Source of the DNA: Giardia intestinalis
Taxonomy: Eukaryota
Assembly: GCA_000002435.2 (NCBI GenBank)
Contig: CM018793.1
Length of the DNA: 64,000 nucleotides
Strand: one strand, 5' to 3'
In this document: positions 1 to 8,944 of the stretch, one piece after another
How the letters are laid out: every line of letters begins with the position of its first letter
How positions within the stretch are numbered: the first letter of the stretch is position 1
Position numbers and translations under genes: made by a program
Notes under the pieces: generated by a model
The model's input: the letters and a program-made list of their open reading frames with translations, nothing else
What the model was told of the DNA's origin: nothing
The model's database searches: none

Positions 1-631
1 AATAGGAAGGAATCTGGCAATCATCTTTGGACCGCGGTGAACTGTGCGAGCTGGCTACGTTAATATGTTCCTTGCTGTCATCAGCTTCCCGAATAGGCAA
101 GGTCAATGGGAGCTGTGGAGCGGAAGCCGACCCTAGATTGGCTGATTCGTAGTCACTTATGTCCTCTTCTGGCCAGGACATCATAAGGGAGTCTTCCACG
201 TTATGAATTGCTTGGATCAATGTTGGATGCTGGTGTAAACGCGCAACGTCAAGTACGAGCCGCAGAGAGTCCCTAGCGCTCCTGAGTGTGGACACTATCT
301 TGAGGAATCGCCTCTTGTATATGTTCTTACGCGCCAGGGTCTCATTATATCGCCTTGTTACCCTTTCAACTTCCTCCTCTACTATCCGAGTCACCTTACT
401 GGATAGAGCATCAACTTTAGATATGCGAGACAGTGCAAACTGCTTCTCCATAGTGCTAGTCAGCGCTTCTATCTTAGCTCGGAGGCCAGAGTTCTCACGT
501 TCTAAGGCCTGCATCTGTAGATAAAGAGGGTAGCTCTCATGGGAATGGGTAAAGAGCGAATAAGAGTTAACACCAGTGGCAGCACCAGACACATTATAAT
601 TCACACCCGCGACTCGGCTCGGATCCTGCAT
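1..631 (-). CDS. Partial CDS running off the left edge of the window. The start ATG is on the minus strand at 629-631. It encodes >=210 aa of a coiled-coil-like hypothetical protein (MQDPSRVAGVNYNVSGAATGVN...QMQALERENSGLRAKIEALTSTMEK...) and no stop is reached before position 1.
   Basis: Manual translation of the reverse strand gives an uninterrupted frame from the ATG at 631 to the window edge. It is absent from the ORF table because no stop codon falls inside the window. The small plus-strand ORF at 288-524 lies antisense to it. Confidence 0.45.
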   Translation of the reverse strand, partial: MQDPSRVAGVNYNVSGAATGVNSYSLFTHSHESYPLYLQMQALERENSGLRAKIEALTSTMEKQFALSRISKVDALSSKVTRIVEEEVERVTRRYNETLARKNIYKRRFLKIVSTLRSARDSLRLVLDVARLHQHPTLIQAIHNVEDSLMMSWPEEDISDYESANLGSASAPQLPLTLPIREADDSKEHINVASSHSSPRSKDDCQIPSY

Positions 632-645
632 AAGCTGTCCTACGC

Positions 646-1806
646 TCACAGAGTGGAGACGCGAGGTATTTTTTCAGAGTCAGCTTTCCGGATTTGAAGC
701 AGTTTCTTCGTTTCGGGGACAAAGGATACTCCCGCCTGCGTCTTTACTTTGACGCCCTTCGGCTTAATAAACCCTATGCCAACTTCTCCGAATTTCATCA
801 GCTCTAGATTAGGGGGGAAGGAGGGCGCAGGGTTATCCCTTGGCTCTAAAACAGCAGGGCAATTAGGACACGGGGCTTTGCCAACACCTTCGCTAATCAT
901 GTGTTGCCGCGGAGCCTTGGTAGGGTCATGAATGCAGACTTGCCGAAGGATCGTCACGGCCTTTGAAGGAACCTCCTCTCTCTTCTGACACGTTGATAGT
1001 AAGATGTTATAGGCAAGACTCAGATTATAGTATTCCGTCATTGCTTTATTATACATCTCCTGAAGCCTAGACTTCTCACAATTTATAGTATCAATCGTCC
1101 TCGTGAGAGCATCGATCTTCTCGGAGTAGAAGGTTTCGCGCAGGGTCTTCTCCATCATCAGCTGCGTCTTCTCATCGCTTAATCTTTGGACTTGCCTAGC
1201 CAGATCGGCTAGTTCTTCTGAGGTGGCGCGAAGTTTGGTCTCAAGCTCCTTATTCAGAACGTTCAGGACCATTAGATCCTCCTTGAGCTCCTTCATCGAG
1301 AGGCCGCGACAGTGCTCACTGGAAGATGCTTCCTTTTCGTCCTTCTCGTTAGAGGAGGCCCGATCGACCCCTTCAAAATGGTGTTGCTGCTGTTGTAGTA
1401 GATGTACTTGGCGCTCATAGTTAGCCATCTTTCCTGCTAGCTCATCTATCTTCTGTGTGTAAGAAGCCTGGGTGACCTTGAGCTGCTCTTGCAAGAGGAC
1501 GACCTCCATGTGTTTCGCCTTTGCATCGGAGAGTGCTGTGATATGCTCCTGCTCCTTGACAGAAAGCTGGCTCTGGAGCTGATGAACCACAGCGTGCAGC
1601 TCTGCCATCCGCTGCTCCGAGGCCCCATGTATTTGCTTGCACTCAACTCGCAAAATTTCGGCCTCGCTACATTTTTCCGCATAGTTCAGTTGTAGCTGGG
1701 CAATAAATCGTTGTGCCTCCAGTAGCTCCTCTTTGAGCTGCGCCGCCTCGATTTTCTGCGTCAGGCTACTGGGCATTTTTATTGCCAAATGCGGGGGTGC
1801 AGACAA
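646..1806 (-). CDS. Hypothetical coiled-coil protein, 386 aa.
   Basis: Long ORF with heptad-like Q/E/L/K-rich segments. Its stop lies 15 nt upstream of the next minus-strand start, as is typical in Giardia. Confidence 0.6.
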   Translation of the reverse strand: MSAPPHLAIKMPSSLTQKIEAAQLKEELLEAQRFIAQLQLNYAEKCSEAEILRVECKQIHGASEQRMAELHAVVHQLQSQLSVKEQEHITALSDAKAKHMEVVLLQEQLKVTQASYTQKIDELAGKMANYERQVHLLQQQQHHFEGVDRASSNEKDEKEASSSEHCRGLSMKELKEDLMVLNVLNKELETKLRATSEELADLARQVQRLSDEKTQLMMEKTLRETFYSEKIDALTRTIDTINCEKSRLQEMYNKAMTEYYNLSLAYNILLSTCQKREEVPSKAVTILRQVCIHDPTKAPRQHMISEGVGKAPCPNCPAVLEPRDNPAPSFPPNLELMKFGEVGIGFIKPKGVKVKTQAGVSFVPETKKLLQIRKADSEKIPRVSTL

Positions 1807-2603
1807 GACGGGCCTATCTGGAGCTTAACGTTACGAGAGGAGATCTGCTGCTTCTTAAGAGAAAGAAATTCATCTATATCTGTGAAAATATGGTAGGTGA
1901 CGAGCCTGTCGCCTCCTTTCACAACATACAAAAGTGTCTCACTATCTGGAGGCAGCAAACGCTCATCGAAGAGGATGTCTCCATTGATATCCCTCAGCAC
2001 AAACTCTGTAGGACCAAAGGGAAGCGTCTGTGATGTGGAAGGAGCACCAGTCCCTCCCTCTGAAGTCTGCTTTAGTTGCGCACGTAGGTCCTCTTCGACG
2101 GCCATAAGTCTCTGCTTCTCTAATGCTAGTTGATAGATTGTCCGTGCATGCTTGTCTATTTCTGTCTGCATTTCGACAATGCGGCGAAGAAACTCCTCAT
2201 TCTGTTCCTTCAGTACATCCACGTCATAGCTTAACTTTATAGGATCTAGCGCTGGCTCTACAGTGTCACAGTAAAAAGTTCTGTCATACCTATATGCATC
2301 CTTTGCAATGGACTTAGCATACTGTTTAATGATGGGAATATATATCTGGCATTGACTCTTAGTGTGCAACGCAATTTCGGTCTGTACTACAGCAGTTGTT
2401 CCTCGCAGAAACGGTAAACGATCGAGTTCCCCCGTGGAAGTTGCCTTATCAACTGTTGAACCGCAGTGCAAAGAAACAGCAATGCTGGGGTCAATAACAC
2501 ATGTAGAACCATCCATGATGTCATTGGTTTCCGTAACAGCAGAATAATTTTCTTCTACACGTGTTGCCTCCTCAGGCATAGTAGCATTCGTAAGGTTCTC
2601 CAT
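1779..2603 (-). CDS. Hypothetical protein, 274 aa, with a coiled-coil segment.
   Basis: Complete ORF. Its 3' end overlaps the start region of the downstream same-strand gene by 28 nt in a different frame. Confidence 0.55.
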   Translation of the reverse strand: MENLTNATMPEEATRVEENYSAVTETNDIMDGSTCVIDPSIAVSLHCGSTVDKATSTGELDRLPFLRGTTAVVQTEIALHTKSQCQIYIPIIKQYAKSIAKDAYRYDRTFYCDTVEPALDPIKLSYDVDVLKEQNEEFLRRIVEMQTEIDKHARTIYQLALEKQRLMAVEEDLRAQLKQTSEGGTGAPSTSQTLPFGPTEFVLRDINGDILFDERLLPPDSETLLYVVKGGDRLVTYHIFTDIDEFLSLKKQQISSRNVKLQIGPSCLHPRIWQ

Positions 2604-2690
2604 GATGAATTTTAAATTTCCTCTCGGTAGTTTTAGATGGTAACGGCAGGAGCTCCAGTGTACGCCACTAAGCTCAAAAGCAAGCGCGCC

Positions 2691-3425
2691 CTATGTGTAT
2701 CCTTCCTCAATAGAACGATATTGCCCATGCTCTGTGAGAAAGTGTTGAAAGGCATCCGTCTGAACGACGCTTAGTGTGGAACTAAGAAGCTGAAGGTATT
2801 CTGCTAGGCGCTTTCGCCTATCTTCTATGAAAAGGGGGTCATACAGGCTCTGAAATACGGATCTTTGAGGTGGTAGAGAGGGCAAGGGTCCCACCTTAAG
2901 ATCCAGCAAGGTGGCAGCTAGCCGCTTTACATCGTTGAAGCGTCGATAGACCATGTAGTAGCGCTTGTTCGCAGGTAGTTCCGACTTGAAAATCATCCTG
3001 TACTGTGTGTATGGATGGTTCCTGTCCATCATGGTGTGGGGTTGGTCTACAATAACCGCCGTAATGTGGGTGATAGGATTCTGTGGATCGTAGACGGTGG
3101 GCTTGCCCCAAGGAGGAAAGGCACTGGGGATAGCAGATAGCGCCCCCGTCTCTTCGGCCAGTGCATTGGCCCGGACCTTAGCTGCAGACAAAGCTGCATC
3201 GACAGACGCATAGGTTTTTATGTGGTGCAGCGCATGATAAAGAGTGCTTACAATGCTTTCGGCCTCTCGCGAGGTGGCCGTGCCCGCAGAGACCATGCCA
3301 CTGAGCTGATCCACCATGCTCGCAAGCTCTTCATACTCCTCCGGGTGCGACTGTGATATGGCCTCAATATCCGCCCTTAGCGCTTCAAGGGACCCTGCTG
3401 CAAACATGAGTACGTTTTTTATCAT
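2691..3425 (-). CDS. PX (phox-homology) domain protein, 244 aa, a putative phosphoinositide-binding protein.
   Basis: The C-terminal half carries the PX signature: RRFNDVKRL...LPSLPP...FIEDRRKRLAEYLQLL, matching R[RY]xDFxxL / P..LP / RR..Le.YLq. Confidence 0.55.
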   Translation of the reverse strand: MIKNVLMFAAGSLEALRADIEAISQSHPEEYEELASMVDQLSGMVSAGTATSREAESIVSTLYHALHHIKTYASVDAALSAAKVRANALAEETGALSAIPSAFPPWGKPTVYDPQNPITHITAVIVDQPHTMMDRNHPYTQYRMIFKSELPANKRYYMVYRRFNDVKRLAATLLDLKVGPLPSLPPQRSVFQSLYDPLFIEDRRKRLAEYLQLLSSTLSVVQTDAFQHFLTEHGQYRSIEEGYT

Positions 3426-3487
3426 TCACACCAAGAAACCTAGACCCCCACAGACTTCGCAGCGTGGAGAGTGGAGCACCAAAGAAG

Positions 3488-5536
3488 CTAGTCCTTATCT
3501 GGCATGCCGCTTCCGCCGATAAACTCTCTTAATAGGCTGAATTTAGGAACAAACTCGCTATTAATGGAAGCAACTTTTTCTAGGAGGGCGATAAGTTGTC
3601 GTGCCTCCTTGTATGCAGAGCTGTCGGGCTTGATCTCACAAAGCAATGGGTAGGCATGCGTGTTAAGGACACATAGCTCATAGTCCAACGCCGTATTGAA
3701 CATGATATCGGCCCTGTGCTGATGGGGATAGATCCACCTATCTTCTCCTACACGCAAATTCTTCAGTAGCTCGATTGTCTTTTCAGCCGTGAAACCGCGG
3801 AAATTGTTGTCGCGCACAATGCGTCTGATAAGGCGACAATCCCTGGAGGAGATCCGCATGCGGTCGTCCATGTTGATGGCAGTGAAGGGAGCAATAAAGA
3901 CCAAGATCTTGTTAGGCAGAGGGATTCTCCTGCTGAGGAGAGGATTGAGAGCGTGGATGCCCTCGATGATGATGATCCCCCTGAAAGGCATTATCATTTC
4001 TATGGTGGATTGCTTTCTTGTACCTGTCCTGAAATCAAAGATTGGGCTGAGAATCTTCTTTCCGCTGATAAGTGCCTCGAGATGATCGTTAAAGAGATCA
4101 AGATCCAGGGCGTTAACATGTTCGAAGTCATAGCTCCCATCCTCTGCCAGTGGGGTCTTCTCCCGGTCAACGAAATAGTTGTCAAGCGAAATGATAAGAG
4201 GTTCGCGGCCCATAACCTTGAGATTATATGCGAGCTTCTTGGCGAAGGTCGTCTTGCCGCTAGAGCTTGGACCTGATATGAATACAACCTTGATCTCCTT
4301 GTCCTCAATGTTAGAGACGGGTGCATAGCAATTAGACACTTCGGCAGAGGTCAGCATACCGGGCTCCACTTCAGAATCCGATGTGCCAGTAGAGCTAGTA
4401 GACACCCTTGCGTCCACTAGCTCCTGTGACATCGTTTTAGAGTCTACCTTGATGCTACGGGAGTTCACACCACTGTCTCCGTCGATTCGGAGACTCATCC
4501 CGAGAGTGTAGTTGGCGGCTCGCGTAGCCTTCTGGTATTGCTGAAGATACTCTCTATTGTTGGCAATTACGTCACAAAGCTCAGCAAGCTTCTTGTTCTG
4601 CATGGTTTCGCAGATTTGGATGAAACTCTTAATCATGCCCTTGTAGCACAAATTGTTCAAGTGCCCGATAGTCCGAACTTTCAAGACGCGGATCCACTGC
4701 GTGTATTCGCTATATACGTCGTGTAACAGTTCATTGGGCTTGAAGGGAATGAGCTCAGTAGGGGAGCGTTTAGATGGGAAGCTTATGACAAACCCATCTT
4801 TGTAAGTATGAAGATCGTAGTACTTAAGAAGACCTGTGACAGGTGCCAGAGGAGTGTGATAAATTTGCACATAGTCGTCGCACCTTACGGTCATCACACG
4901 AACCTCATTGAGGGACTTGAGGAGGGCGACAGAGTTATAGTCCGAGACGCTCTCCAAGGCTGTCTCCAAGTCATTAGCATTCATGGGAATGTTGCTAGAG
5001 ATAGGGCGGTTAGCCTTGATCAACAAGTTCAGCTCCTGTCGCAAATTGGTAACGATCTCTTCCGTAATATGTTTGTCATTGCTGAAAAACATCGATGAAG
5101 CATTTGTTATGCAGACGTCGTGATTAGCATCTTCCTTTGGGCCATGTGCACAGATGTCCGTGGTCTTTATATCCTCCATCTGAAGATTCTTGGAGCTATT
5201 ATCAACGTATAGATAGTAGGAGTGGCCCTGCGAGTGAGAAATCTGAAGTGAGTCTTGGGGGAACAACTCAGACCAGACCTTGCCCAAAGCGAAGATCAGC
5301 GACCTGCGATAGCACTCCGCGCCATCCGTTGTGGCCACAGAGTATGGGACAAGGGTGCAATTAACGCCCACCTTTTCGGAAAGCGAGGTAAGTTCGTTGT
5401 TGACCGTGCAGACGATGAACGGATGCCCATCACTAGGGAATTCGTCTGGGTACATGCGTATGATGTCGTAGATATGCATGCGCGCAAGGACCGTAATGGT
5501 ATGCCCGGTGGGAGTGGTGACCTGAACCGTGCGCAT
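3488..5536 (-). CDS. N-terminal TGS-like domain fused to a C-terminal uridine kinase / phosphoribulokinase-family P-loop nucleoside kinase domain, 682 aa.
   Basis: The P-loop motif VVFISGPSSSGKTTFAKKL followed by IIIIEGIHALNP is uridine-kinase-like. The N-terminus (TVQVTTPTGHTITV...FIVCTVNNELTSLSEKVGVNCTLVPYS...YRRSLIFAL) resembles the ThrRS-type TGS domain. Confidence 0.65.
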   Translation of the reverse strand: MRTVQVTTPTGHTITVLARMHIYDIIRMYPDEFPSDGHPFIVCTVNNELTSLSEKVGVNCTLVPYSVATTDGAECYRRSLIFALGKVWSELFPQDSLQISHSQGHSYYLYVDNSSKNLQMEDIKTTDICAHGPKEDANHDVCITNASSMFFSNDKHITEEIVTNLRQELNLLIKANRPISSNIPMNANDLETALESVSDYNSVALLKSLNEVRVMTVRCDDYVQIYHTPLAPVTGLLKYYDLHTYKDGFVISFPSKRSPTELIPFKPNELLHDVYSEYTQWIRVLKVRTIGHLNNLCYKGMIKSFIQICETMQNKKLAELCDVIANNREYLQQYQKATRAANYTLGMSLRIDGDSGVNSRSIKVDSKTMSQELVDARVSTSSTGTSDSEVEPGMLTSAEVSNCYAPVSNIEDKEIKVVFISGPSSSGKTTFAKKLAYNLKVMGREPLIISLDNYFVDREKTPLAEDGSYDFEHVNALDLDLFNDHLEALISGKKILSPIFDFRTGTRKQSTIEMIMPFRGIIIIEGIHALNPLLSRRIPLPNKILVFIAPFTAINMDDRMRISSRDCRLIRRIVRDNNFRGFTAEKTIELLKNLRVGEDRWIYPHQHRADIMFNTALDYELCVLNTHAYPLLCEIKPDSSAYKEARQLIALLEKVASINSEFVPKFSLLREFIGGSGMPDKD

Positions 5537-5618
5537 TCAGCTTTTTCTGCGGTTCTGTGCAAATTATTTTAAAACAAATCTTCCTGGCAGGTTAAAATGA
5601 TGAAAAAGAGCATACAGT

Positions 5619-7562
5619 GTGCAAGGCAAAAATGAAACCTCAACATTAAAAAGGCAAGGTGCAGTGTCCCCGATGTCTGATCAGGAGATAATAGGTGATT
5701 ATCTGCTTGGAAGACAGCTTGGAACGGGTACCTTTGGAAAGGTGAGGGTTGCAACACATATCCCAACAAACTGCACTGTTGCAATCAAGATCCTTTCCAA
5801 GTCCAAGATCACTCAAATGAACATGTGGAGCAAGGTCGAGCGGGAGATCATGATCATGAAGATGGCTCGGCACCCGCACATCATCAATCTCTACGAGGTT
5901 ATTTACCGCGAGGACGACATCTACTTGGTTATGGAGTACGCAGAAGGAGGCGAGCTTTTTTCTTATATTGTGAAGCACAAGCGACTAGACTCTACTACGG
6001 CACGCAAGTTTTTCCAGCAGATCATCTCTGCCCTTAGCTATCTTCACATTAAGGTCTCAGTGACTCACCGGGACTTAAAGCCCGAAAACATTTTACTGAC
6101 TAAGAACAAGCTTATCAAACTCTCTGACTTCGGCCTCTCCAATGTCATGAGCGAGGGGGAGTTTCTCAAGACCTCGTGTGGCAGTCCTAACTATGCGTCT
6201 CCTGAAGTGGTCGCTGGGACCCTATACATTGGCCCTGCAACGGATATTTGGAGTGCTGGGTGTGTGCTCTACACGCTTTTGGTCGGCAGACTCCCGTTCG
6301 ACGACCACTATATGCCTGCGCTATTCCGAAAGATTAAAACAGGAGAATATGTTATACCAGATTATGTGGACTCGGGCGCAGCAGATATGCTTCGAGGGAT
6401 GATGACTGTGGATGTCGATAAGCGCTTTACGATAGACATTATCCGCGCACACCCGTGGTTTACCGTTAACCTCCCAAAGCACTTGCTGATCAGCTTCGAT
6501 AGCGATCCCAGCGACCGAGAGGAGGAGCTCCGGACCACAGATCAGGGGCAGCGCATAGTAGACATGTACAACGCCCTAAATCGGCAGTCCACCATTGACG
6601 ATATAAAGCGCAAATTCAAAGCGGGCCAAACAGACAGTGACACCGTTTGTTATCAGCTCATTCACGACCACATTTTCGATGAGATTATTGCGAGAAGCTT
6701 TGGCATTATCGGCGAACCCGAGAGCAACCCAGCAGGCGCAAACAGATCCATCTTCGACTCATCGTCCCTCTCTGCCCTCGGTAACGTGGCGTCTGGGGGC
6801 TCCGGAGATCACGAGGAGGACGCTATGGATCCTTCTGGTCCAGTGATATCCCAAAATCCGTTTGCTCCTCCTGAGGCAGTTGCACCTGCCAAGGGGCCTC
6901 TTCTACCCTCCCAGGAGCATGAGTTTTCCGGCCTGGTCTTTAACACATACGTTAGAACCCTGCCACCGACGCTTAATCCCGAGGCATCTCTGAGCCCAAA
7001 CGCCCGCAAAGTTGACGGCGCTGAAGCCGTTTCTTCTAATACCGATGATGGGTGCTATAACGATCAAACAAAGGTCGCCAGTGGTGGTTTGACCCTCGCC
7101 CAATTTCGCGACGGTCTCAACGGTTCACTAAGATCTGAAAAGGTTGACAAGAAGAGCATGTTTTATTTTGGCGTCACTGGGTGCAATATAGCAGTCATGC
7201 CTCCGCCGGATATGATGTGTCTCATACTGGAGACGATGCGTGAACTGGGATTCAAGTGGCGCATAGGGGGCTTGAATGCCTCCAAGTACTACGACTCAAA
7301 TATCGGACGTGACACAGTAGTGCTGAAAACAGATACGTCAAAAAAAAGGAACAACTTCTGTGTAGCATTTAAGCTTGTGAACCCTGCGTCTGCCATACAA
7401 AACGACCTGATAATAGGGCTGACACTTTATATTGCAATAGATCAGAGTAATCATGCCAATTATGTCGTTGATCTGCGAATGATAACCGGAGAGCTGAATC
7501 TATTCCTCCACTATGCACAAAGGATCGGGCAGGCCATCACAGAGCACTTTCGGGCGGGGTAG
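5619..7562 (+). CDS. Ser/Thr protein kinase of the CAMK-like group, AMPK/SNF1 alpha-subunit-like, 647 aa. The true start may be the internal Met at 5673 (MSDQEIIGDY...).
   Basis: Motifs LGTGTFGKV, VAIK, HRDLKPENILL, KLSDFGLS, SCGSPNYASPEV and LPFDD are near-identical to AMPK alpha catalytic-domain motifs. A long C-terminal regulatory region follows. Confidence 0.75.
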   Translation: MQGKNETSTLKRQGAVSPMSDQEIIGDYLLGRQLGTGTFGKVRVATHIPTNCTVAIKILSKSKITQMNMWSKVEREIMIMKMARHPHIINLYEVIYREDDIYLVMEYAEGGELFSYIVKHKRLDSTTARKFFQQIISALSYLHIKVSVTHRDLKPENILLTKNKLIKLSDFGLSNVMSEGEFLKTSCGSPNYASPEVVAGTLYIGPATDIWSAGCVLYTLLVGRLPFDDHYMPALFRKIKTGEYVIPDYVDSGAADMLRGMMTVDVDKRFTIDIIRAHPWFTVNLPKHLLISFDSDPSDREEELRTTDQGQRIVDMYNALNRQSTIDDIKRKFKAGQTDSDTVCYQLIHDHIFDEIIARSFGIIGEPESNPAGANRSIFDSSSLSALGNVASGGSGDHEEDAMDPSGPVISQNPFAPPEAVAPAKGPLLPSQEHEFSGLVFNTYVRTLPPTLNPEASLSPNARKVDGAEAVSSNTDDGCYNDQTKVASGGLTLAQFRDGLNGSLRSEKVDKKSMFYFGVTGCNIAVMPPPDMMCLILETMRELGFKWRIGGLNASKYYDSNIGRDTVVLKTDTSKKRNNFCVAFKLVNPASAIQNDLIIGLTLYIAIDQSNHANYVVDLRMITGELNLFLHYAQRIGQAITEHFRAG

Positions 7563-7724
7563 GAAACAGTATGAGGCGCACGCATCCTGCTTCCTGCTTG
7601 AGCGTAAAAGCAATCTTAGTAAATTAACTCCTATGCGAACGACAAGATCTGCGCCTCTCCCAGCTGGCAGTGTTTCTGCATCTGTCTAGCCTAGGTCACT
7701 CGACCACCATTAGCCTGCCTGCAG

Positions 7725-8753
7725 CTATTTCCGAAGCGTCTTGGTACCGCAACTCTTTGGGGTCTTCGCCCGGTCCTTCTTCGGGGTCTTTGCTTGTTCT
7801 TTTTTAGAGAGCCTTGGAGTCCTCGGACAGCTCTCTACTTCGGGGACCACCTCAGCGTGTGCAGTTTCTTCAGCGAGCTCTAGCAATGGCAAAGAGTTTC
7901 TCAAATGGTTAGGCGTTGAGCCATCAAAGGGGGTCAGCTGAGCCAGGTAATCTTTACCGTCTATTCTCACTGCGATGTAGTTCTGAGAATACTCAGCCGA
8001 TATATTTTGGCCCCCCGTGCCTCCATCAACGCGATCAGAGTTTGTCCAAGTATCAGGGTGTATCCTGCGACTGTATACGATTGTATCTGCGATCCCTCCC
8101 TTGGCAGGGGGGATGTAGTCAATGAGATAGGTGGACTCACCGTGACCCGGGTGAACAAACGATTTCGGTACAGTAGGTCGTCGATTCGGAGATGCTCCCT
8201 CATTCAGCTCATCAACGCTACTAGAGCGGGGAGCATACGGATTGTCACTTAGGTAGTCCTTGGATGTAACCTGTCTAGAGCCTGTACTGGTTTTAGTCGT
8301 TGCCTCGGTATTGTTGATGAAAGAACTTTGAGCAGCCTTTATAGAGGTTGGCTGGATGGGCAAGGAAGGGCTAGAATTGAAAACGGCAGGATTAGACGAT
8401 ATCTCGACGGGCTTCGACACAGATGAATTCTTCAACGAGGTTGACGCACAGTTTGATTTGTATTCCTCGTCATATTTAGAGCCATGCACACTTGATGCAT
8501 TAAGGACGGCAAGTCCCGATGCAGGGCGGCCGTAGCGGCTTCTCTCACTCTGGTAGGTCGAATAGTAGCTTGCGCTATAGTTCGAATGCAATCTTGACGG
8601 GTCTGATAGGGGCACAACGATGGAGTCTTGACTGTACTTAAGGGTGTACTCTGGCACTGCGCCCTTTACTGCTTCTTTTTTCACTTTAGCGGGGTAACTG
8701 CGAACCGTACTAACGTGGGCAGGTTGTTGTGGTTCTACCTGACTCGAGTACAT
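7725..8753 (-). CDS. Hypothetical Ser/Thr-rich protein with a basic lysine-rich C-terminus, 342 aa.
   Basis: Complete ORF with a 190-bp divergent spacer to the next gene. No recognisable domain. Confidence 0.5.
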   Translation of the reverse strand: MYSSQVEPQQPAHVSTVRSYPAKVKKEAVKGAVPEYTLKYSQDSIVVPLSDPSRLHSNYSASYYSTYQSERSRYGRPASGLAVLNASSVHGSKYDEEYKSNCASTSLKNSSVSKPVEISSNPAVFNSSPSLPIQPTSIKAAQSSFINNTEATTKTSTGSRQVTSKDYLSDNPYAPRSSSVDELNEGASPNRRPTVPKSFVHPGHGESTYLIDYIPPAKGGIADTIVYSRRIHPDTWTNSDRVDGGTGGQNISAEYSQNYIAVRIDGKDYLAQLTPFDGSTPNHLRNSLPLLELAEETAHAEVVPEVESCPRTPRLSKKEQAKTPKKDRAKTPKSCGTKTLRK

Positions 8754-8944
8754 AATTTAATTTTAAACACCAAGGCGCAATTTGCACGCGTTCAACTCCA
8801 TCTTCAAGATAGGAATAAGTGCAGTTACAAGCGCAGCTACTAAGACCAGACACCACGCTGGAGGCTTTCTGAAAATGTTTAGAGGGTGGGTCTGTAACAC
8901 TCTCAACTGGGTGGCTGTTTGAGATAGATTCATGGATAAGGTAT

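Noticed and set aside
288-524. 78-aa plus-strand ORF near the left edge.
   Set aside because: It lies antisense to a longer, uninterrupted minus-strand reading frame (partial gene <1..631) and has no features of its own.
5646-5978. Assorted 60-140-aa ORFs nested inside or antisense to large genes, such as 5646-5978 on the minus strand within the AMPK-like gene and those within TOR, HECT and the triple-RING gene.
   Set aside because: They lie inside much longer ORFs that have strong domain evidence and show no motifs of their own.
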